Shown here piece after piece: positions 11,824-22,638 of a stretch of 44,700 nt of DNA. The DNA comes from Craspedostauros australis (lineage: Eukaryota). Below the pieces are notes generated by a model that saw only the letters and a list, made by a program, of their open reading frames with translations, ran no database searches and was not told the DNA's origin. Numbering within the stretch: the first letter of the stretch is position 1; the number at the start of each line of letters is the position of its first letter. A program made the position numbers and the translations under genes. The stretch covers positions 1 through 44,700 of the forward strand of contig JALAGF010001873.1 in assembly GCA_030167865.1 (NCBI GenBank). Direction: 5' to 3'.

Positions 11824-13464
11824 TATATTGTCTTGTGCTGTATTGTGTTGTGTTGGTATGCTGCTGTATACTTGTGATGTAATGTGTTGTGCTATGGTAT
11901 GGTATTGGTCGCAGATGAGGTTTGGTTGCCAGCTGGATTTGTTGGGTTTGTGAGGATGTGAAGGTGATTGCGGTGACTGTCGTTACGGACTGTGTTAGGC
12001 GATGACCGTGGTTGCTGTTGAATCGGCGCTGTGCTTCACGTTGATCGAGGGGAATGTCCACACGAAATCGTTTCTCTCTCTCTCTTTGTTCTCTTTGTGT
12101 CTCTGTCTTGGTTTGTCTTGGTGTGCTGATGCCTCTTTGGACTTCTCCTCGTTGTGTTCGTTGCTTGGGGAGTGGTGCGATTGAGCGAAGTCGCGGATGA
12201 GAGGTGCTATGATGGGATCGGAGGCGTGAAACGTGTGGGTTCTGATTTTATACGTAAACTGTGCAGTCTTCGGCGTGACATCGTCGCCATCAACAACTTG
12301 CCTCACGTGAGTCTTGTGAGATGCGCAACTCGTATCGCCAGAATTGCGTCAACCGTTGCTGACTCTTGTTGTTCAAAAGCGTTGCTTTTCTACTGCGGCC
12401 ACGTTAAAATACATGTGGGACGTTATACTACGCGCGCGTCAGTCCTGTTGCCGGGTTTGTTCCCACGAGTCATGAGCGCGGCTTCGTGAAACAGACATTC
12501 ACGCACAAGATCCGGTCACCGCCAAATCCCACGGGATACAAGTGGAGTGGATGTGGGAAGGCCTCACAAATTTGTGGCGTCTGCGGTGAGGAACCGAAAA
12601 AGGGAGACGGTCGGAAGCAAGGAGAGAAAGGCATTGCCGTTTTCTCCATTCACAAGAGTTGGACGACGATTTGGTTGACTGACTTTGGTGGTTGGTGCAG
12701 TTGTTGCCTGGTTGGAGGTTGGGAGGGGAAGGGAAAGTTCGATCCCGATTTTTTCGCATTTGCTTTCTCCATCGACGTTGGGCGTTGGTTCTGTCTCTTT
12801 CTGGAGAGTTGAATGGTACCGCAGAGTACTTTGTTGAATTTGCATCCTTCCTCCGGAACCCAGCATCCTCACTGGTCTCTCTCTCTCACACACACACACG
12901 CACACATGAAGAGACAACTGCCACTCGACTTGACTCAACTCAACACACATGGCTCAGCCAAGATTGACTCAACTGGAAGAAGTTCACTTGACGACATTTG
13001 GAGTATGAACTGACCCCAACTTGCTCCACCTTCACTCAACTCAACACAACTCAACTCGTCCTATTCTCAGCTGCTGTCTTGTATGATGTTGTGTCGGCAC
13101 TTCCCATGTGATGTATGCTCCGTTTGTAGCACAGGTGGAGCATATTTCCAGTTGGAGACGAGATCATCATACTTCACGAGCTGCATGCATTGGCATGTTG
13201 GGGTCATTTGTGGAGTTCCCATGCGTATGCTGTGTATGATGTGTACAATGGATCATTCGACGAGTTTGGAACCACAGCGAAGTTGCATGTACTCTGTTGA
13301 TACTTAGAGCAACAAACAAACACTACAATGTTCAGATTGATGATGATGAGAAGGAGGGATGGCTCCTCCTGTCTTTCTCATCATCTCTTGTGTTTCTCTT
13401 TGATGTCGTGAGTGTGTCGCCGTAGCCAACTACTCCACTCCACTCTACTCCGCGCTACTTGAAG

Positions 13465-14904
13465 CTAATTGGATGGCACCTCCAAACTGCTGGCAGTCGT
13501 TGCCGCAGATAGCATGCGAAACTCTTCCGATCCGTCAGCAACATCACTTTCATTCTCCTCTCCAAGTCTTCCTTTGTAGCACACCGCCTCTTCATCCGCC
13601 AAACAATACACAGGCTTGTCGTGCTGCAACATTTTCTCATACACAACATCCTGCCATTCCGGCGTCATATGCGGAAAGAAGGAGGCGCCATTGACCAGAT
13701 CCAACCCTTTCACATCCTGCCAATCCTCGTAGGTCGGACGATCCGGCACAACGGACGGATCATCCCATCCCTTCCAACACGCCGTCTGCATCGATCGTCC
13801 CATGAGGATGGCGCCCGCGCTAGTTCCGCAGTAGACGCAGTTGGAGCAGACGGTGTCCACGAAATCGTCGCGCCATTCCTGCATGCAATGGTGCAACCAA
13901 AAGGTGTTGCCACCAGGGACATAAACGAAATGGGGTTGCCACGTTGTTAATGCTTCGCGGGCGGTCTGGATCAGTGCAATGCAGCGATGAAAATACAATG
14001 CAAATGATGGCAGTTATACTTACAACATGTGAGAAATAGATTTCATCAATTGCGCTGCATGCATGACTTCACCACCCCACGCAATGCAATACCAATCCAG
14101 TTGAATCCAACCCAGCTGAATGCACCACAATCACAAATGCAATGAATGACGCACCACAGGAAATTTAGAAGTATCGTCGGTACCTTCCGACTGCTTGAGA
14201 CTGCCATCCATGAAATCCAACGTCGTGACATGAACTTCCGCGTCATCGGACAGATGCTGCTGCAACATGGCCACGATCTGATTGCGCCGCTTCTTGCCAT
14301 CCGCACGCGCCCGCTGGCGTTGTTTGCCGGGCGTTTGCATGGACTCGGCGCGCAGAGCGTACATGGCCGTCGGGATGTAGAGGAATCTCAACTCCTTCAA
14401 TTCACTGTCTGCAACATTCTCGAGCTGCGACAGCAATTCCGGATCGGGACCATTGCAAGGACTGGCCAGGACGGATTGGCGCAGATCGTCTTCGATGTGC
14501 TGCTGGCGTTGTTTGCGATCGGCCTCGATGATGCCGTCGATAAGGAATTGCTGTGCTTCAGGGTTGGGCTGGATGCCGTCGGAGAAGGAAGATACCAGTA
14601 GCGCATGATTCAGACGTCTTTGTTCATTGCCTGTTGCTGCATCTTGATCGTGAGCATGCAACGCAGATGGTGTTGGTAGAACTGCGAGAATGTCTTTGTC
14701 TGCAGATATCACATGGTCGCCTTTCATCCACCGCTGTTGGACAACAGGGACGTTGGAACTCGCAGATGCATGTCCATGGTGATTTCCACGATGACGACAG
14801 TGCTGCGCTGAAGGAGATGGGATGTGGAATGCTGATGACAGTAGCTGATGGTGTGAGCACGTGAATGTGGCCAATACGACGATCGAGAAGTTGAACAGCG
14901 TCAT
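13465..14904 (-). CDS. Peptidase family S51 (peptidase E/cyanophycinase-like, class I glutamine amidotransferase fold), probably plastid-targeted; exons 14904-14155 and 13965-13465; 416 aa
   Basis: FLYIPTA, YVPGGNTFWLH, nucleophile elbow GTSAGAI and GLDLV...FFPH. The N-terminus is a hydrophobic signal followed by SSAF. Intron 14154-13966 is gtgcgt...tccag. Confidence 0.85.
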
Positions 14905-16255
14905 GATGAAGTGGGTGCGTGGGTGGCGTGGCGAAGCAGCAGCTCCAATACGGCAACGAACACAAAGCACGGATCCGAATGCGATATCTGATTTCGCTTT
15001 CTCCCAACGGTCTTCAATTGAAATTCAAATTGAATTGATCTGCGCTAGTGAGAATGGATGACACAATCCCGTTCTGTCAGAGTTGCCTTCGGAATTGTTG
15101 CCGTCGTTGCCGTCAGAGAGTTGTTGGGATGCTCTGCGCTGTTGATTCGACGGTCATTGTCGTTGGCATCATGATTGGGACGTGTTGGGGTGTGTGCCAT
15201 TGTGGCGCGGTGCTGGTTCTCGTTGATTGGTGTGTTCTTTTTCTTGTTCTCGTTTGTTGTGTTGCGCTGATCGTGTTGTTGTCGTGTTGTCGTGTTGGTG
15301 TGTTGTGTTGGTCTGTGTACGTCACACCGCCGACAAAGGCGAACAGACCACACCACAAATCTTAGTCAGAGGTATCTTTCGGGCGATTTTGCTCGAACTG
15401 CATCATATACGACATGGTTGAGACATAACCAAGACAATATAATGTCATGAACAAATAGTGAGATACGTGTTGTGTGAGCTGTTGACGTCATGTTGTCGAC
15501 CGCACGTTATGACTCAGACGATGCCCATCAAGGCTGAGCACAGAAAAACATCGTGTTTCGTGCGTGGTGATGACATGTGCGAAGCGCAAAGAGGACGACC
15601 GAAGATAGCAAGGACAGTGCGTGGTGACACCAGCAACGGTTGTGTGCCTGGAGCACTGCCATGGTCACGACATCGTCATCACCCATCAACTTGTGCTGGT
15701 GCCTGGTTGTCGTCGTGGTTACCGAGACCGGTTGAGTTCGCAACTGACGAGATCAGCCCAGAGCAGCGAGATCCGCATCAGCAGTCAACCACAACAACAT
15801 TCGCAGTCATCGTCATCCTCACAACAACTCATTGACGACCAATCAACAACCAATTGACAAGGTGAGTGAAACCAACTGCGTGGAGCTTAGCGCTGATGCA
15901 TGCCATGGGATGTCATGAGATGAGACGAACGGCATGACTGGATGATTGGAGAGTGGGAACACCTGCACGAATGTTGATGTTGATGATGACGATCTTGTAC
16001 TCAAGAGTCTTCCCAGCGGAACTGTCGATGTCTCTTTGAGTTTGCCCCACATTGAGACCATGAAATTGACATCGTCCAAACCAGCAACAAAGACGCAACA
16101 AAGACACAACTCACTCACCTGTTACCATACCAACCTTGACGAACATCTCATAACCTCAATTCAATCGCAACTCCAACGCCATCGCCATCGCAATCGCAAC
16201 GACCCATAAATCCAACAGCACTCCATACAACAAACACACAAACAAAACAGACATC

Positions 16256-17828
16256 ATGCAGATCCGAAATACCGCCCTCACCGCCCTGTGCCTCGCCACA
16301 TCCGTCGCTGCCTTCGCACCAGCTGCCCGACCAGCCTTCACCACCTCTATCCAGGACTCCGTCGGTGGAATCCAGTTGAAGAACGTCGAGGATGAGGTCA
16401 GTCACTTCGGCTTTGCATCATACCATTTCGTGCCCTCTGAGTCGGAGAGTTGCTCCAACAGCAACGGCAACAACAAATGACTTTGCATTAACGCACTTGG
16501 ATATGACAATGCAAATACATGGGCGAACTAATTGGGAATGGCATGGCAGCACTTACAATTCTGATGCATCACGATGGCAATGACAACGACGCTGTGCACA
16601 CTCCGGATCCCGCCTGTGTTGGCAAGCCGTTCTCAAATTGCGGCGCGCAATTGAAATCCCATGATTATGGAAATGGGAATGCCTGTCCGAGATGCACCGC
16701 ATTCAATTGCGTATGCTCCATTTATTGGCTTTCATCACAACCTCACAAATGCCATCCCTCCATTCACGCTCGCATTCAAATCAACCGTATCGTATTGCGT
16801 CAAATCACAACACAACACAAAAACAGATCACCTACGTCGCCGGAAATGCCGACACCGAATTCGCACGACGATTCGGCGGCGAGGCCGGCAAGGAGATCCG
16901 CACCGTCGGTGAGGCCTTTGCCGATTTCACCGAGCTGCTCGGCTTCTCCGTCAACGCCCTCTACAAAAACATGGTCACCGACCTCGTCGGAACCACCCAC
17001 CTCATCGTCGTCAACGCACGCTTCCAGAGAGACGCAGTGTGGTGTCTCGGAATCATCTCCACCCTCGACCTCCTCCTCAAGAATTACCCAGAGACGGAGA
17101 TCGGCGAGAAGATCGTTGACTCCCTCTTCAAGTGCGTCGGCATGGAGGAGAGCGACGTGCGCGCGGAGGCCGCCAAGATGAAGGAATGGGCCACTGGCAA
17201 GACCCGTGCCGAGATCGAGGCCGCCCTCTCCGGTGAGGACCCATCCAGCCCGCTCGGTTCCATCGCCACCACCATCAAGGAGGACGAATACTGGTACTAC
17301 TCCAGATACTTCGGTTTGGGACTTGTCAGCATCATGGACACCGTCGGCATCGAGATGGACAAGGACGAGGTCTACCCAATCATGGAGGAATGGATGAAGG
17401 AGCGTCTTGGCCGATCAAGTCTCACCGCATGCGTAAGTTCATTCATTGCATTGTGTTGCATTCGTTTTGTATCGGTTTCATGATTCGGAATGTTGCCCTC
17501 CATGAGTGCGACGCGGACTATGATCCTGGCTCTCACCCATCAATTCAAACAATTGCTTTCGCCAACCACCCAAACAACTTTTTTCTCTTCACTTCGCTCC
17601 CCGATACAACAGAACGACAGCGACATGTACTTCCGAGTGAAGAACAAGCTCGACATGATGGAGACCATGATGAAGGAAATCGAGATCCGCGAGAAGAAGC
17701 GCATGGCCGAGCGATTGGAGGACAAGGCCGAGGCCGCCCTGCGTGCCGCCGAGAGAGAAAAGCAGTTCCAGGCTGAGGTCCAGAAGGAGAAGGAAGCCAA
17801 GGAGGCCGAAGTTGAGGAGACAGCCTAA
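16256..17828 (+). CDS. THF1: Thylakoid formation 1 / Psb29 homolog, plastid-targeted; exons 16256-16396, 16827-17432, 17613-17828; 320 aa
   Basis: Bipartite presequence (...TSVAAFAP). [10 protein letters not shown]...[15 protein letters not shown]...F.RDAVWCLG and [10 protein letters not shown] match THF1 motifs, followed by a C-terminal coiled coil. The GT-AG introns are in frame. Confidence 0.88.
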
Positions 17829-18735
17829 ACGAACATTCGCTTTTCATCCTCTTCTTTCAACTCGACATGCTCTGTTGCAATGCAACGCCAGAGAGCATCG
17901 AGTTGTCCTTCCTGACACCAGACGCAAGCAAGCAAACAAAGAAACACCCAAGCAGATAAGCCAACTCCAACGAAATAAAAAGACAAGAAACATTACAAAA
18001 CGTACACCAGTCCAGATTAATCCTAACCTATTAGGTCGTAGTGTTGCCGAAAATGTTGGAAGACCAGCGAAAGAAATCCACGCTTCTCGATCGCACGACT
18101 ATCCAAACCCATCGATACCAGAAGAGATTGGGAGGAAACGTGGATTCCGAACTGACCGAAAAGAGAACACTGCCAAAACGTTGTGGTTGTGCTGCCCAAA
18201 TCACGTCACTCTGAGACACATTGTGGATCAGTGAACAAGCGATGATCAGATTCACCACGTCAGTCATTCATTTACTCGTGACCTGAATGGAACGGTGGAC
18301 AGACGCAAATCACCCAAACGCACGCAACAACGAAAGTGACAAAGAAGAAAACCAAACGTTTCGCCACGAACTTCCACGTTCGCAACAACATCCACAACAA
18401 CCACAAGGACAAGGACAGAGAAGACAGCCATCACATCACATCGCACCACATCACATCACATCGCAGCACACAACCAAAACAGCAACAACCGAATCACATC
18501 TGCATCCGAGGCCGCCAATTGTAACTTCACCACAATCTTCGCTTCGCTTTGTCTCGTATGCCTGTAAATTTGAGATTCACAGTCCCAATCATCGCACTTG
18601 CCATCACCCATCAAACCAACTAGAGCCATACTCCACTTCCGCTGCTTCGATCATTCTCACTTTCTGCAATACGTACATCGCATCACAGCCGACTGCATTG
18701 CAACACAACCCATCCTACCCCACCACGATACAACC

Positions 18736-19356
18736 ATGAAGACCGCATCCCAAAAGACGACGACAATGATGCTGATGATGTTTGGCTTGGCGCAGCTATA
18801 CACAACAATCACCACCACCACTACCATGCTGACCCCGGCCGTCGATGCCTTTGGCGTCACGACCAATTCATTCACCACACATCAGCAGCAATTCCAACAA
18901 CAACGACCATCCCACACCACAAGCAACAGCGCGTCAACGCAACTGCGAATGGCCGAGATGGAGGATGAAATCGCACAGCAACTGGCAAAAGCAAAGGCGA
19001 TGCTCGCAAAGAGCAAGGCCAAGTTGATGGACGATGGTTCTGCTGTTGCCGCGACAGCGACGGACAACATCCCGCAGCAATCGTCGAGCAAGAAGGAACT
19101 CGTCACGAAAACGCAGAACGACAAAGGTCTCATCACGACGGACGGCGATATCATGGCGCAGCTGTCGGAGCAGGAAGTGTGGGAGCAGCGCCCGCTGGCC
19201 GTCGTCTTTCCTGATGAGGAAGAGGAGGATGCTGTGTCGTCCTCGTTGGCCGATCGCGATGTGGCGGCCAGCATATACGGCCTGCGCAAGAGTTTGCAGA
19301 ATGACGACTATCGCAAGATCTTTGATACGAGGAATCGGTTCATTGGGGATGAATAA
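18736..19356 (+). CDS. Hypothetical protein, probably plastid-targeted, 206 aa
   Basis: Signal-like hydrophobic stretch, then AVDAF, then an S/T/Q-rich transit region ending TQLRMA. The C-terminus looks ordered (LADRDVAASIYGLRKSLQNDDYRKIFD..NRFIG). Confidence 0.75.
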   Translation: MKTASQKTTTMMLMMFGLAQLYTTITTTTTMLTPAVDAFGVTTNSFTTHQQQFQQQRPSHTTSNSASTQLRMAEMEDEIAQQLAKAKAMLAKSKAKLMDDGSAVAATATDNIPQQSSSKKELVTKTQNDKGLITTDGDIMAQLSEQEVWEQRPLAVVFPDEEEEDAVSSSLADRDVAASIYGLRKSLQNDDYRKIFDTRNRFIGDE

Positions 19357-19979
19357 GCGATGGGGCGATTTGATGAGATAGCGTGTACCGTACTCGCGCG
19401 ATGGTACAAGCATAGCAGTTATGCGACAAGCCGCAACGAAAAGCAACACGACGCAGCGGGATGGAGGGACGAACAGAGACGAGACAATGGATATCAACAC
19501 CGAGTAACATGAACACATCGTGTCATGCTAGTATTCTATTATATCATACTATGTGATTTTATACAGACAGCATCAACAGCAAAAGTAGTACAGAGGTCGT
19601 ACCGTCCATGCAGAATGGCGTCCTGAAAGATCAGAATAATTGGCTTATTTGTGCAACAATACTCCTCGACGTCCAATATGATGAGAATGCTGTCCTTTCA
19701 AGCAATCATTGTGCGAGCATGGTTCCATGCCATACGCATAGCACGACGACGTTCCGCACGTGCCCCTGTCGATCTCCTGGATGTCAACGTCTGGGGACGG
19801 CCTTGTATGTTGATGGTTTGCTCAACAACATTTGCCCTTCATCTTCCTCTTTGTTGCGTTCTCATAACGTGTTATGGAGCGGCAATGCGTGGCTTGCCGT
19901 GTGTCCTTCTTGCATGCCTTGCACTTTGTGCATGTATCCGCCATCGCCATTATCGCTTTCGTACAGAGAGTACGGTACT

Positions 19980-21058
19980 CTACACGTCCTCATCATCCAA
20001 ATCGAACGCGCCCGGCATGAGGCCCATCGCGTATCGTTCCATCGCTTTGGCCATGTCGATATCCTACGGAGAAGCACCGGAAGCAAAGTACGGACGCAAG
20101 TACGGACGCAAAACAGAACAACAACGTCGATCGGGATCTCACAACGGAGTGGTGAGAGATCGTCCCTCCAAAGCAAAGCAAGTGCGGTCAGTATGATTTT
20201 ATTCCATTGCGCTCGACATGATTCGACGCTTTATCACCAATATCCATCCACACCACCATACACACAATCTCCTCACCTTCAACGAAACACCGTCACAGTC
20301 ATGCGTCGTCAGTGTAACTTCGACGCAATTGTACACGTTAGACCATTCGGGATGATGATCCATCTTTTCTGCCAACAACGCTGTGCGCGACATGAAGGAC
20401 CATGCCTGGTTGAAGTCAGCAAACACAAATGTCTTCGAAATGGTCTTGGCGTCTTCGTTCTGTCGTTAGTACGAGTGTGAGTTTGGCAAAAGAGTCGGCG
20501 AGTGAAGAGAGGTGCGATACAAAGCAACGCATTGTACATGCTTTGCGAGAACAGTGTGAGATACTCCAGGAAATGCACGCAGGCAGAGACGGATGGACAT
20601 TGCCACTGCGTTGAGCTTTCCTCATTTCTGTTGGTACCACTCGTATGTTACTCAATGCAGCAACATAGTGATTGAAAGCATGCATACCATACATGCATAC
20701 CATACATGCATGCTCACAATGCTCAAATGTAGACCACCGCAGCAGCAGCGGTAGCAGTAGGATTCATGCGAGTACGTACATCTATCCACGGTATGGGCGA
20801 CATCTCGGAGAGCTTCTTCAGCGAGGCCACACGCGCATCTGCGGACAAGGCAGTGGCGGGTTCTTTGTCCGCGGCAACCGGCAAACTGGTCGCGTATCGC
20901 AGCTGTCCTGTTGCGTGCTTGTGCCAGTTGTGAACAGCATTACTTGCAGAACCGTGGCCGTGCCATGCATTCGCAGATGTTATCGAAGGGGCAGCCCGCG
21001 TCCTGCAGCACCGCCGCGCGATCTGTGAAGCGATGCTTCTTCCTGTTCGGCTATTCAT
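19980..21058 (-). CDS. PCBD: Pterin-4-alpha-carbinolamine dehydratase (PCD/DCoH family), probably mitochondrial; exons 21058-20780, 20459-20277, 20063-19980; 181 aa
   Basis: [17 protein letters not shown]...[34 protein letters not shown] is the PCD signature. The N-terminus is R/S-rich and acid-poor. Introns 20779-20460 and 20276-20064 are GT-AG. Confidence 0.92.
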
Positions 21059-22638
21059 GGCACTGCTCTTCGTACAGTAGATCCGTTGCTTGCGTTGCTC
21101 TTGTTCTTTGCGCTTCCACCCGTCCGACTTCTTGTCAGTTCCAGCTTCAGTGCTGTTCACCTGCTACACGCGTGGCATGGGAATGAGCTATGCCTTCTAT
21201 GTCGATCGTGATGTGTTCCGCACACAGCGTTGTCCCACGCACCTCATGCATGGCAATCTGCGGATTCGCAAAGATGTCGCGGTATCTTGTTGATGGGGTG
21301 TCATGGTGGTTCGTTTTGTTTCGATCAAAGAAATGAGTCCAAGAACGACTCGAATGACTACTACAATCCAACCCAAAGCGATACTCTGTGCGTCCGCCGA
21401 CCGCTGAACAGAACAACTCAATCCAATCAAATCTTTTCCTGCGCCCACACAACAACCAACCAACCAACCAACCAACCAACGAAAGACGACTGCGATGGCG
21501 CGCTGCCGTCAGCTCAGTCATTGGGAAAGACCAACAAAGCAAGGACGAGGATCCACCACCACACAACACCTCCTCAAACACCAACCAACATCACCATCAC
21601 CGACAGAACAGGGAGAGCAGACGCGAACAACGCGAACAACGACGACGGCACCAACGACGAATTGACGATCCGTCTCGATGGCCGACTGTATCGGTTCCTC
21701 CACCAACCACCAACGAGTGATTGCGTGAGACAACCTCCGCCGTCCACTCCTCCAGCGCAACCGGACGCACACTGAACGCAGGCATCGACCTCACCATCGC
21801 CGGTTCAACCCGTCTCAATTCGTAATCACTGTCATTCAACAGGGTTCGATCTGGTTCAGTTCAACTCAGTTCAGTTTGACAAATCCTTCTCCAACAACAA
21901 CAACAACAACAACAATAATAACAACACCAGCAACACGCAATCCGCGACGATCGATAAGCTCTGCTCAGAAGAGGTTTGGTCGGCCAACAATCGAGGTAAC
22001 CAACCACCGCTGCACACTCGTATTGCGACGGCGCTCCCATCCAACAACCTGGTGATCACCACCAAGGAGAGAGAGAGAGAGAGGAAGATCATCGGCAGCC
22101 ACAAATTCATCCCGGTTCTTTCCACTTCGTTGCGAATTGTTGTATTACTTCCACGTGGAACCACACAGGAGCCACGGTAAAATACAAGGTTCAGGATAAT
22201 TCCACACTAGAAACAACGGAAGTGCGTGGTGAATAAACACCGATTTTAGATATTTACCACACCTACCACAAACTGGCACAACAGGGCGAAGCCGACGAGG
22301 GACTCCAACACGCCTGGGACTTCGATTTCTCGCAACACCTTTGGACTCGTCCTGCTCCTGAACAACGATTGCACACGGGCAGTATCGTCAACAACAAGAC
22401 CATTGTGACCATTTCAGCTCAACACCCAGACACACAACAAAAAGGCACAGGCGTACACGTTTGCAACAAAAGCAAAACCAGCGCATCGTGCCAACCCACA
22501 CTGAGGACAGCCCAAACGCAAGATACAGCAGCACATCACGGCACAACACAAACATAGCATCGCCGCCAGCGTACGAGTACTCTCAGTGGTATACGTAGGA
22601 TTGACGTGGCTGCATCAGCGGCAGCGCTTCGGAAAGAT

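Noticed and set aside
12920..13060. Repeated (CTCAA)/ttgactcaac motifs, superficially like an 18S rRNA segment
   Set aside because: A degenerate pentanucleotide microsatellite with no extended rRNA similarity.
564..14904. Urease plus S51 peptidase as a nitrogen-scavenging cluster
   Set aside because: They are separated by about 9.5 kb and unrelated genes, are predicted in different compartments, and no urease accessory or urea transporter genes are present.
21840..21880. ggttcgatc T-loop/B-box-like motif (also gttcgatcc near 12737)
   Set aside because: No cloverleaf stems can be formed around either site, so they are not tRNAs.
22185..22210. tcaggataat resembling part of a TPP riboswitch
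   Set aside because: It lacks the CUGAGA motif and P-stem pairing, and no thiamine gene is adjacent.
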